Origin: Paramecium tetraurelia
Lineage: Eukaryota
Reading direction: 5' to 3'
Assembly (NCBI GenBank): GCA_000165425.1
Contig: CT868676.1
Coordinates: 190,981-254,980 of the forward strand
DNA length: 64,000 nucleotides
Below, in pieces: positions 41,637-54,392 of the stretch; positions within the stretch are counted from its first letter, which is position 1; every line of letters starts with the position of its first letter. Both the position numbers and the translations under genes were made by a program. The notes below the pieces were generated by a model, which saw only the letters and a list, made by a program, of their open reading frames with translations, did not search any database and was not told the origin of the DNA.

Positions 41637-42429
41637 TCATTATTCAATTATTTAGTCTTCTTCTTTTGGTTATGGTGAATAAATAATTGAGTCTCTGTCA
41701 GACAAAACAAATGGCAAGAGATCCTGCAGTTTAATTTTATTATAAGTTTCCACTTGGCCTTAACTAATGGGAGATGGTTTTAGATTCCAGTATAATATAT
41801 AATAATTGAGCTTGAGTTTATTCAGCAAAACAGTAATCAGAATTAAAAGCGCGATAATTGCAATCGAAATTAAGATGATATCAACACTGTTGAATACATC
41901 TCGAAACAAGACAATACCAATCACCAAAAACAGTAACACAAGGAAGGCGATCACTATTGTAAGAATGAGCCACTTCCCAATTGTATTAATGTTTCTCCTA
42001 ATTCTACACCATTTCATACATGTAGTATCCATTGATTTGGAATGGATAGGAGCATTCATTTTTGCAAATAAATGCTTACTCCTTCTATTTCTTGGCATTC
42101 TTCCTGGCTGTATCCTAAATGCACTTTTCGTGATATGTGATTCCCTTGCACTGACAATATTGGTGAACCATACCAAAATCCTGAGTGCATTCTTAACAAG
42201 CCTTAAATGGCTGATCTATTTGTCTATGAGTCGACGACAACATATTCAGTATAATTGTTTCGTGACTTTTCATTACAATTGTTCCTTTGTGCCTAGCCGA
42301 CGGTGAGCCTAAAGGTGTGAATCTTAAACGATAATTGCTTGATTCTTAAACTGTCAAATCAGAAAAATTCGAGGAATTCTTCCCTTATTATCGCTACTCT
42401 GATAGTCTAGATAATGGTGAATTTCTCAT
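41637..42429 (-). CDS. RING-variant (RING-CH/MARCH-like) protein with two TM helices
   Basis: CQEC..YCQCKGITYHEKC..CKNEC, then a 22-nt intron and two hydrophobic helices. Confidence 0.7.
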
Positions 42430-43091
42430 TAATATTATATGATAAAAATCAAATTGAAATTTTAGAACACTAATTGGAAATATCATTTCTCAATTTATAA
42501 CTTTCTGGGAAATTAATTTTTTTACTTTGAATGGGCTCAAAAACTTTTTGGATCCAATCAAAAATAAAAAAATTAACTTATCTTTAACAAATTGAAAAAT
42601 ATTATTTTTAAACTTTTGAGACCTTATTGTCATTATAATCATATTTTATTTATTCATTGCTTACAAATGGTTTATTTTCTGTATATAAGATCGGGAAGGT
42701 AGTTCTCAATTTTCAATATATTCCTACGTTATTCACACGGAATAACCTTTGAGAGAATAGAAAATTAATCCAAACTGTAAGATTAAGTTATAAGATTTAT
42801 ATCTTAATCGTAAAATGTTGAATATTACAGATATAATTTGGATCGATTAATACTGACATCAGTGGGTAAACGAAAAAATTGAACTCATAAGCAAGTAGTG
42901 ATTATTTCTTAACGCTAACTTTGAACTGTTTCAATAAACAATCTAATCTTTTAGATTAAAATTTAATTAATTATAGTTGGACTTATTAGATTGAATCAAC
43001 AATATTAAGCATTATTCTAAAACTACTAATTGATTTTTTAACTAAATAATACTGAGTTAGGTAGAATCTAATATTTGGAGAAATCATATAA

Positions 43092-46000
43092 TCAAAATAA
43101 AAATTATCCAACTTGCTTTATTCTTTCAGTTTAGGCTAAAACTTAGTCTATTTTTTTTGGGTCCATTCTATAAGTATTAATAACTATTTTCGTGCTTTTA
43201 TGTTTAGCCTTTTTGCGTCTGTGAATTGCCTTTGGCAAGAATCCTCTTTGAAAATCCATTGAACCGTATCTATCTTTTTCAGTAGGATAATCTAAATCAC
43301 ATTAATTCACCTTTTCAATATATAAATGTATGATACTTCTTTTTCATATTGATTATTGAAAGAAGAAAATAATTTTAAAATTTCAGTTTCTTATCTAAAA
43401 TCTTTGATTCTATTCATTTAATTCTCAATTTCAACAGGATCCAATTTACTAAAAAACTTAAGGTTCTTTTTGATTGGTGATCCAAGCTCCTAGGTAAAAG
43501 ATTTCGATTATCCATGAAAATTAGTTTAAACTTGGTCTTCAAATTTAAAAAATTAGATTTTTTATGGATCTGAATCTTTTCCCAATAATTTTAATTTCAA
43601 TTCAGAAATATGCGATAATTCCTCATAACAATTTGTAAGATTGTTATTAAAAACTAACTCAATTTTAGAGGCATTTTAAATTTGCTCTTATCTTTACTTA
43701 TCTAATAAATATCATGAAATATTACATAACATAATTTAATATTTAGCATCTTAATCAGGATTGGTCTCTAACTCCTTCATTAATGATTCTATGATTGCTC
43801 TTTTTTATAATAAGGGCATTTCATCTGGAATTTTGAATTATTCCATCAACTCCCTTTCATATTTCATTTTTTCAATTTGCTTTTAGTATTCAATCTATCT
43901 TTATTTCTCTTTTTCTTATTGTTCCAGCTTCTTGGGCTAAAAAATTACTTAATAAATATTCTTACATCCATAGGCGATATCTAGTTAGATGATTTTCTCC
44001 TCGCGAAATTTAAGGCAACTGCAGCAGCTGGCAATTTTAATTACTTTGTATTTTTCACGATTCTAGATCTATTTGATTTATCTCCTTGGGAAGACTCAAT
44101 GGTCAATTTACTTTCGGGCTAACTATCTTCAGATCTTTATTGTTATTATTATTGTTATATTTAATCTTTGATTTAGGATCTAGATTTGTTGGTTGCTCTA
44201 TTATTTTTAATACTGCTCTACGTATTATTTATTGGAATGAGCATCTTAGATTATGATTAAGTCCCTGGGATCATGTTGGATGTGGGAATATATGTGTTGG
44301 AAGGTACTTATCCATTCCTTGGAGATAATGGTTACTTTTATTGAATAATAGTTTAAGTTGGCAATTAATGCTGATCCTCCAATTTTAGAAGAGAGAAAGA
44401 TGCAGCAGAATGTTGATAATTTTTAATCTTGCAGTTGGGAGAACCTTCAATGGATTCTTCAATGATGATATTATTTGTAGGTTGAGTTGGTTCGCATTGA
44501 TTTACTTAAATATTAATTTACTACGTTAATGTTTAATTACTTTAAAAGTTCTCTTCATCATGCATGATGGATGTGATACTGCTTTACTATTACAATAGTT
44601 TCTAAGCAGATTTTTTCATTAAGTCCAAGTTGTCGTGAGTTTAAAACATTGGGTAATCTTGTTGTTTATTGCTTTCAATATGGGTAGTTGCTGGTCGTAA
44701 TGTACTTGAATGTAAAAGGTGGTTTTACTCATGATGAGCATGCAATGATTATTCTAACAATGAGATTTGGGACTCTTCTTTTGAGAGTGAATTCTCAAAT
44801 TGTTATTAGTTTTAATGATCATATATTTTTAAATCATTTGATTACAGAGTTTTAAGTTTTGTTTTTGTAGACTTAGCAGAAATGAGTGATCTGACAGACT
44901 ATGGAGGAGAAAGGAAATTTCCAGTTTGATGCGCTTCTTCAAAGCTTTTCTTAGGACTAATATATTGTTCTTTAGAAGAGTTTTCTGTATACTATGCAAT
45001 TTCTTAGGTTCCTCCAGGAATGAATGAAAATTTGACTAGTTATTATTTTGATTAGGCCTTATCTGATTTCTTATCATTTTCTAAGTACTTGGCACTTTAA
45101 ATTATTTAGGACTTGTTATCTACTCTGATATCTTTCGTATTTGGATCAGTACCATAACTGGCATTTTTTAATCTATCACTTTAAGTCATTGGTTTTCTTT
45201 GAGAACTGAACTCTTCTTCATTGCTATAGTATTTTTATAGCTTCTCTTTCAGATCCATTTTGCTAGAATCACTGCCCATGGGTAAGTTTTATGATTATTT
45301 CCTGGAGTGATTCTACTATTATTTTGATTATTGCGCATTGGAATCCTACTTATCAACTCTTAATAGTTGCTAGTGGTTTTGGTTTGCTTATGATTCTAAT
45401 TACTAAACATCCAGATCTTCTTTATTATCAACTCTCCTCAGTTCTTCTATACTATTTTTATTATTTTTTATAATAAAGTCTTCTTGTTATTCTATTTCTC
45501 CATCCTAACTTACAATATTGATTATCGCCTTCTCATTCTTTGGAATAGGTCCGATCTCATTAATTGTAGACTATTTTAGGGATGGAAATTCTTTCAGAAT
45601 ATTTTCTGCTTGTGTACTATTGGGACTATTCAATTAGAAGGGATTTATGCAACGAGCAGATGAATCACCCTGATTTTTATTCCTATTGGTATGATACTTA
45701 GCACTATTGAATTTTTTATCAATTTTCAAGTTACTATTTCTGTTTGATTAAGGTTATAGTTGTCCAGGCATTTAAGCATCTTAGTCTGTAGTCTGTTATT
45801 CTTTGTTATTGAGGTTTCTATTGCTAAATGTATGAATATGATTCTTCCTCATTTCTATTTATGATGAAGTAACCGTCCGTATTTCATAAGGTACTTTTTT
45901 TTCAAGTAGAGGTGTTTGATTTTTAATCAGATTTCGTTTCACTGTTCCTAAAATCTAGATATGCAGTGGTTGAATAGCTTTTTTTTCCTTTTGTCTTTTT

Positions 46001-46146
46001 GTTAATAGTTCACAAAATTAAGCTTAATCTACAAAGGATATCGATTGCAAGTGTCCTGCTAATACTCTTTCAACAATTGTCAAAATAAATAGCTCTTCCC
46101 TTTGAATATTTCTTTTATTATCAACCTCAAATTCATATGCTTTCAT
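43092..46146 (-). CDS. Large low-complexity Q/S/K-rich hypothetical protein
   Basis: Long open frame in code 6 with short introns (~43300, ~43720, ~43950); no domain recognised. Frame checked in several segments, not throughout. Confidence 0.7.
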
Positions 46147-46323
46147 TTATATATATAAATATAAATAACAGAGAAATTAAAAATCTAATAGGTATAATCT
46201 TGTTGAAGAACACACAGCACATCCAATGAAGTACTGCTATAACTCACAAAATACTTGTAAATAATATATGAAAATTGACTCTGATTATTTATTATTAATA
46301 AGTTTTAACAATAATAATTAGAA

Positions 46324-47277
46324 ATGCTTAACGAATATGAAATTAGACTCAAAAATATTTTTGTAGATCCCCAAATTGTGCAATCCTATGATTTCATTTC
46401 CAAAGTCTAGTTGTATACAAAGGACCAAGTCATATTTAAATATGGAGATGAGAACAAGTTCTTCATGGTTCTCCAAAATGGATCAATATCCTAAAATACA
46501 TCATACATTCCAATAGGTCTTGTACAAAACACCATCAAATGTCTGAGTGATTGTGCATTTAGAATTATTGATGAATAATAGTTTGAAATGCTGAGCAAAG
46601 CCAAAATCAACTATCAAAAAAAAATTCTTGATTTTCTTCACAACTTGCCTTGCTTTAAAGATGCAAAAAATGTCAAACTAAACTTTCTCATCGAAGATTA
46701 TAAGTTAGGGTAAAGTTGTCTGAATGAACAGGAATACTCCAAATCACTATTTGTTATTTATGATGGGTATTTTATTTATTATAAGAAGCGAATTTCTAAT
46801 AAGGAAGAAATGGAATAAGAGCTATATTGACATTGGACAAGTTAGTAAAGGCGAAATAATTAATGATTACGAATGTACCAGTGGCTTGATTTAACAGTTC
46901 TAGATTCTTTGTAAATCTTAAACTGCCTAAATTATTAAAATCGATGACTACAAAAGATTGATAGATCTAAATGACTTCCTAAAGATTGCCGCTGAAAAAT
47001 TCAATCATCGACTAGCAAGATATAAGCGTATGACTGATTTTAAATCGGGTACTAATAGATTATGAGTCATATAGGAAACTGCGACTATTAATAACCATTC
47101 GAACCAGAAATCTTACCTTTAAGAGATGTTATCAACAGAGTCCAAACCTCACAAGGGAGATAAAGAATACCAGTTCAAATAACGATTGATGAAGAGGTAA
47201 AGAAGAAGGTTCAAATTAAAATGGGAACCTACAAAACAGGATAGAATAGGAAAAGAATGTATTCATTGATGTAATGA
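46324..47277 (+). CDS. Protein with two degenerate cyclic-nucleotide-binding-like domains
   Basis: YTKDQVIFKYGDENKFFMVLQNGSI, TIKCLSDC, LDFLHNLPCFKD and SLFVIYDGEF..IGQVSKGEII; two introns. Confidence 0.65.
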
Positions 47278-47715
47278 CACTTATAACTTTTAAAATTATT
47301 ATAATTCTTTTATATCTAGACCAATTCACATTGTATCAATTTCTACGATTCCGATATTAAATTAAAAACTTTTGACAGTATTCCTATAACTTATCATTTT
47401 TTAATATTTAATAAATGACAAATTATATAAATTTGCTATAAATGAATATGTAAATAATTATTATTAATGACAATTATAAATTAATATGACGATATATATA
47501 ACTTTTAGTTAAAAATAATTGAATGAACAATTCTTGATTACGTGCTATTTTGACAGAATATTTGATGTCACTTACATGTAACTGTTCATCTGGAAATTTA
47601 AAGAGAGTTCTAATATTTTGAAATGAATTAAGCGAAAATTTGAGGTCAAACATTAGATAGAAAAACTTGCTTTTTATTTGATAATTATATATAATAACAT
47701 ATATAAACAGATATT

Positions 47716-48159
47716 TCAGATTCGAGTAGCGGTTCTGGTTTGTCTGGTTTTTCTATTTTTTCCAACAACTTTAAGCTTTGGTTATGATAAGTTATCATGG
47801 TTATGTTGAAACTTCACAAATTTAGCTTCCTCATTAAAATATCTCGAAGAAGAACGAGACGGTTTGGTTGGGGTTTTTAAAATACCTTTGAGTGGTTTGA
47901 TGAGAAAATTATTTGAACTTTGAGTCCTCCTTTTATCTTCAAAATTTGAAGAATCATTTTTGGTTCTGTTCTAATCAAAACTGCTTAGTATATGATCATC
48001 AAATAAATAGTCATCACATTCCACCAAAAAAGAGTTTATGGGTGCCCCTGGATCGCTTACTTTTACTTCAATGAACTCTGCCTTTGCTTAGGGTCTTTAT
48101 AAGGTTTAAGAAAGATGACCATCAAAATAAGCATGTGGTTTGTTAATTTGGCAGCCCAT
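47716..48159 (-). CDS. Small protein with an N-terminal MGC acylation motif
   Basis: MGCQINK start, 147 codons, contains KGILK and KFVKF. Confidence 0.7.
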
Positions 48160-48746
48160 TTTCTTTAAATAAATTAATCTTTAATTAAAAGGAGAGGATA
48201 TTGCATTTCTATAGGAAAAATAGATCATATTTAAAATTGGTTGTGTGGTCATCAAAATTTTAATGTTAAATTATATTGAATAAGCGATGAAGCGTAAACA
48301 TATTTATTGTTCAAAGATACATTGAGTAAATATATTTGAACTCATTAAATTTAACGTATCGAAAATAACAATTCAAAATAATTTTCAAAAATATCCATAT
48401 TTCAGAATACGAAGATGATCATGGCCTTACTTTTTGAAAAATTGATAAGGATTCTATAGTTAACTGAGAAATCAATAGATTGTTAAAGGATGTATCTAAA
48501 TATAATAGAAATGGCTATTATATCTTCGAATAGAATGGATATAAAATATATGATTTTGCCAAAAATTTGTTTCAAAAGAGAAGAAATGATAATTACTGCA
48601 AAATACTTTCTAAATTTTCTAAACTTTCTTTATAATATAAAATAAACTAGTTCTGAATGTCAACAATAGATTTTATTAAAATAAATAAAATTAATTCATT
48701 TATTCTTGCTCATGATTTCAACTTAATTATTCATTAAAATTGATTT

Positions 48747-50089
48747 ATGTTTATTTTATTGCATCTCTTCCTCGAATGTCTAGGATAAACCTAAACCTTT
48801 TTCAATTTAGATACAGGGATTCATATTTTAAAAACACTCTAAGCAACCTCAGAACCAAACTCCAAAATTATAGTCAAATTTGAATAAGAAAATTTTGATT
48901 CTACATAACTCTTGATCTGTGATTCAGAAATCAACTTATTAAAAGAGAATTGTATATACGATATTAACTCTTTTGATTTGAAAAGGAATACTTAAGTTAT
49001 ACAGCTAGTTTCTGGTTTGGATTTAGAAAATTATTAAGAGTAGCTATTATCTATGAAATAATTTAATGAGTCTCCATAAGTTTTGGGAACCTATTCAAAA
49101 TAAGTATCCAATTTTTCAATTACAATACGCACAGTGAATATATTCGAATGTGCCTCGTATTTAATACATCTTACTAATTTAGGTAATGTTAAAACGATGG
49201 AATTTGTAAAAATGGAATGTGTGACTGTTTGGAAGGATATTTTGGAGCAGATTGCAGCATCGTAGCTCTCGATATCACTATGTAATCTCTATACCATCGA
49301 AATACATTTTACTATTATAATATTTAAGAATGCAACTAACAGTCTTGCTCTCTCAATATTAAATTTACCTAAGTTGGTAAATATCGACAAACTTGTTATG
49401 CGAAAGACTGGTACTTATTATAGTAAAATTTGATTGAAAAAAAAGAAATACAGATTAATGATGTCTAGTAATGTTTGTCAAAAATAAATAAAGAAAAGTA
49501 GAATCCTCAATAATTTTCATATTATATTTTTTACTTTGAATCTGATTGCGAAAATTCTTAATAATCAAATGATCAGGATTCGAGGATTATATTGATAATT
49601 GTAATAACAACAGTTGGTGTATCTATAACATTTTGTTGTTGTATTGTTTGCTATTACTACTTATTAAGAAAACGGAAAGAAGAACACTAGGTACTTCCTA
49701 TAATGACCATTTATCCAAAAACAGATATTTAAAGATATCTACCTAAATAAATCTATAAAACCTTAATTACGTTATATCCGGGATTGGCATCTTCAGATGA
49801 GTGTTTAATTTGTCTTGATAGAATTAAGGAATCTGATTATGTAAGATTAACCTATTGTACTCATATCTTTCATGTGTAATGTATTGACAATTGGTTGGAG
49901 AAAAATAGAATTTGCCCAGCTTGTAGATCTGAACTTGATGAAGTTACTTTGATTAAAGTTGCAAAGTCTAAGAAGAATGATTCCCTAATATTTGAAAATA
50001 AAGCTAGTCGTTTATATGGAGATATGGTTACTCCAAATTTGACTATGACTCCTCAATTACGATCTATTGAGATGACTGAAAGACTTTGA
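48747..50089 (+). CDS. Signal peptide-EGF-TM-RING-H2 E3 ligase-like protein
   Basis: Signal MFILLHLFLECLG; EGF-like CASQCQNDGICKNGMCDCLEGYFGADCS; TM IILIIVITTVGVSITFCCCIVC; RING-H2 CLICLD..CTHIFHVQCIDNWLEKNRICPACR. Confidence 0.85.
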
Positions 50090-50764
50090 GAATTTTACAA
50101 TTTTTTTCTTTAATTGAAATTATAATAAATCTATAAGTTCAATAAAATCTAATTCTTTACTCCAAAATTTCTATATTACCATTAGGATCTTTACAATGAT
50201 TCATTACATTTCGACAGATCTTAAAAGACAATATATAGTGATTTGATGCTAAGTATCAAATTAATCTATTAATAAAGATATTAATCAGCTTTATATTATT
50301 AATTACAAGAAAAAAATTAGGATTCCAAATATAAAGGTTCAGGATTGAAGAAATTAATTACAATTTACGATTAAGATATTCTAATTGTAATGAGCTCATT
50401 GAAAATTTTTATAAAAAAATAAATAAAATAATTTAAGACGATGAGTCCTGCCTGCCTTATATCAATAAATATATGTTAATTTTATTATAAATAAGTAATC
50501 CAGAGTTACCATTAATAATATAAATTCTCACTTACAAATTGAATCAATATTTAATGGAGTTGGTTACAAGATTCACTAAATTACTGTTAATGTTAAGCAA
50601 TATATTACTGCGCAGAAAAACTGGCCATTGGTAAAGTAGAATGCATAGAAAAAGAGAACGATTTAAATATTATGTTTTTGATGATAGGGATATTGATGAA
50701 ATAAAATACGTGGATTTAATATATTTCACAAAATGTTCGTATTATAATTGAAATATAATATAAA

Positions 50765-51902
50765 ATGGATACATTATTTGACCTAATAATTGTGGGATTA
50801 GGCTCTCATGGTAGCAATTGCTTCTCACACTTTTCTGGCAAAATGAAGGTTCTTGGTATTGAGCAATATGTTTCCCCTCATACAAAAGGGTCTCATAATG
50901 GTGAAACTAGAATTGTGAGGGAAATGGGTTATTCTGGAGAATATGTTGATATTGCTAGAAGATCGCTTGAATTGTGGTAGAAATTATAAGACTCCACAAG
51001 TGAGCAAATTTATGTGAACTCAGGGGGAATATTATTCGGACACGCTACTGATAGCCAATTTAGAGATTACACATAATTCAATAATCCAAACCTTTAATAA
51101 TTAAAACATCAAGAGGTGGAATCTAGATTTCCAATAAAGACATCCAAAGAGTAATAATTTTACTTCGATAAATCTGCAGGTTTTGTAAGGCCAGAAATAG
51201 CTATATCTATCTTTATAAATCAGGGTATATAAAAAGGAGGAAAGGTTATTAATAACTGTCGTTATATCAATCATATTTATAAGGATGATGAGATTCATGT
51301 TTACACCGATTTAGGAGTGTTTAGGTCTAAAAAACTGATTTTATCTCTTGGAATGGGAATTAAGAGACTGTAAAATACATATTAATTGGATGTTGCAATT
51401 TACAAATAATAAGTAGTCTTCTTCAAGACTGATAATAAGAACTTTGATAAGTTACCAGTATTCATGAGTGAGAATAACTCATAAGAAGTGTATGGATTTC
51501 CAAGAGTGAATGGGGAAGTAAAAGTTGGATTGCATCATTTTGGTCCATCATTAGAACATCCTGACTTATATGATCAAACAAAGAGTGAGGAAGGAACTGT
51601 TAATTAGATTAGATAGTTTTTGGTTAAGTATATGCCAGAATTGAAAGATGCTGCAGTGTCAAGAGTGGAAACATGTGTTTATACGAGCACAAGAGATCAC
51701 AATTTTACAATAGATTTCGATCCCAGATCCAAAAATACAATAATTTTAAGTGCATGTTCTGGACGTATCAATAATATTATAAATGATAGATGGATTTAAG
51801 TTTTGCATTGTGATGGGAGAGATTCTTGAAGAGATGTTCAACACTGGAGTTCAAAAATATAAATCATTTTAATTAAGTAGATTCTAGAAGCCTAAATTTT
51901 GA
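50765..51902 (+). CDS. FAD-dependent sarcosine/N-methyltryptophan/pipecolate oxidase family
   Basis: DLIIVGLGSHG Rossmann motif, HTKGSHNGETRIVR, ETCVYT (flavinylation Cys) and SACSGHGFKF across a 3' intron. Confidence 0.9.
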
Positions 51903-51965
51903 ATATTGATAACGTATTAATGAACATAAAATTTTAATAAATTAATTCATTGTATATATCTTCAT

Positions 51966-53148
51966 ATGTAATAAAAAGCAGACTACAGAAGGGAATTGGC
52001 AGAAACAGCATAAAAGATCTGCACTCCAGGAAAGGGAATTTTGGCAGCTGACGAAGTAAATTCTGATCTAATTGTTAGTCTTAAGGAACTATTGGTAAGA
52101 AGTTTGTTACAATCAATGTGGAGAACAATGAAGAGAACAGAAGAGCCTACAGAGAATTGTTGTTCACATCTCCAGGAATTGAAAACTATATTAGTGGAGT
52201 CATTCTATTCTCAGAGACAGTATTTTAAAAATAGATACATTTTTAGGTCAAACATGCTACAAAGGAAGGCAAGAACTTTGTTGAGTTATTGAAGGAAAAA
52301 GGAATAATTGCTGGTATCAAAGTGGACAAGGGTTTGGGAGTAATTCCAGGAACTCAAGATGAATCAGCTACTCTTGGATTGGATTCATTGGCCAACATGG
52401 CAGCTGAACACTACAAACTAGGCTGCAGATTTGCCAAATGGAGAGCTGTTTTGAAAATTGGAAATGGATTACCATCCTAATAAGCCATCAAGGAAAATGC
52501 ATGGGGATTAGCTAGATATGCTGCCATATGCTAAGAAAATGGACTTGTTCCAATAGTCGAACCAGAAATCCTTGCTGATGGTGATCATTCTATTGATGTG
52601 TGCTAAAAGGTCACCGAAAAGGTTTTGGCTGCTGTTTTCAAAGCTTTGAATGAAAACAATGTTTTCTTGGAAGGATGTCTTCTTAAACCAAATATGGTCA
52701 CTCCAGGATCAACTAACTCAGATAGAAGTAAGGTCACTCCTCAAGAAATTGGATATAGAACAGCTTTAGCCTTAAGCAGAACAGTTCCAGGAGCACTCGT
52801 CGGAGTCACAGTATCAATCTATAATCTATAAATAGTTCCTTTCAGGTGGATAATCAGAAGAAGAAGCATCTTTGAATTTGAACGCCATGAATTAATTGAC
52901 TACTGTGAGAAAACCATGGGCGTTAACCTTTTCTTATGGAAGAGCTCTTCAAAACACAGCCGTTAAGACTTGGGCTGGTAAATAAGAGAATTGGGAAGCT
53001 GCCTAACAAGCTCTCTTAACTAGAGCTAAGGCCAACAGTGAAGCTTAATTAGGTAGGAGATTCATATTTACTATTTTTAGGTAAATACCAAGGAGGGCAA
53101 GGAGGAGCTTCAAATGAATCATTATTCGTGGCTGATTACAAGTATTGA
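51966..53148 (+). CDS. FBA: Fructose-bisphosphate aldolase, class I
   Basis: [61 protein letters not shown] and C-terminal Tyr; four introns. Confidence 0.97.
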
Positions 53149-53424
53149 GTATTATGATATTTCATAAAATAATACGTAATATCGTCATTGTTTATTCTAA
53201 ATATATCATCATATATAATTTAATGACGAAATTTTGAAATAAAATTAAAATAATGCGTAAACTCATAATTATTAAAGCATATTTTAATTTGTATTTTAAT
53301 ATATGTAACAAATCAATTAATTGAACTCTATTTTCTAAAACATGTTTTCTCATTGATTTATCAAATCTCAAGTTCTATTAATACAATTCTAATTAAATTA
53401 TTATTACACATCAATGATAAGTAT

Positions 53425-54000
53425 TACCACATTGGGCAAGGAGGGTATCTAAGTAATGTGGAAATTTAATTTTTATTTAAATGTTAGAAATGTCGAATGA
53501 AAGATTATTAGTTGCTAATACATTTATGAATGGGGGAACAAGATCATTCCGAGCTAGACTTAATTTGCTAAGAGATATTTACCAGATTATATCTATTCAA
53601 TGGATCATTCATAATCATATTTTGAGAGGATTGGATAGTTTAAGAGAATATTAATATCATGATAATTGTTCATATTATACAAAAGGAGTTTATCCTAATT
53701 ATATAGATTTAAGTTCCTAGTATTTGCAAATATTCAATTTGTATATTGTAATTGAAACACTTGAAGTCTTAAAAAAATAATCTGTTCTGCAGCTTTTTTA
53801 AGTTATATTTCATTATTGCTTATTCTCATAGAGAACTATTCTATATCATGTTAGGGCAAGAGCAGCGTATGCATATATCTCTAGTAAATTTGCTTTAAAT
53901 TCATTGAAGGTTGTGCTATTGCAATCAGAAATATTTTAGATTATCAACCTTTAATTGAAGGGAGGATTGATTGCTGGGCGGATTCTTTGATAACAATAGT
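53425..54000 (+). pseudogene. Probable decayed protein kinase gene
   Basis: Ordered fragments HIGQGGY (Gly loop), YSHREL (HRD-like) and RIDCWA (subdomain IX-like), not joinable into one clean open frame. Confidence 0.35.
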
Positions 54001-54275
54001 ATTTTTGGATGAATTGAAGAATTGAGCACTGAAAATGGACTTATAAATTAAATGAGAATTCTTGTTAATATTGAATAATGTAAATGAAATTGGTATCTAA
54101 TAATTATTAAGTCAGGATTCTTTATACTCTTAATGCATAAACTATTTAATAAATAAAATCATGAGTACCAGACTGAGTTACTTAGATCAAGAAAATTTGG
54201 ATTGTATAAATTCTTATGGAAGAACACTAAAACAAATGAGTATATTATTAAACTATCATATAATCTGTTATCATT

Positions 54276-54347
54276 GAAGGCTTAGCTCAGGGGTAGAGCG
54301 TTGGATTCCAGGTCCAGGGGTCGCGCGTTCAATTCGCGTAGTCTTCA
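54276..54347 (+). tRNA. trnW: tRNA-Trp (CCA)
   Basis: Acceptor GAAGGCT/AGTCTTC, D-arm GCTC..GAGC, anticodon arm TTGGA-TTCCAGG-TCCAG, T-arm GCGCG-TTCAATT-CGCGT, discriminator A. Confidence 0.95.
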
Positions 54348-54349
54348 GA

Positions 54350-54355
54350 TTTTTT
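54350..54355 (+). terminator. Pol III oligo-T terminator of tRNA-Trp
   Basis: T6 run 2 nt after the tRNA 3' end. Confidence 0.7.
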
Positions 54356-54392
54356 AATTTTTGATAGTTAATTAAATATATACTAATAATTT

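Noticed and set aside
41806..42306. 166-aa plus-strand ORF overlapping the RING-CH-like gene
   Set aside because: Antisense shadow of a real minus-strand gene, with no motif support.
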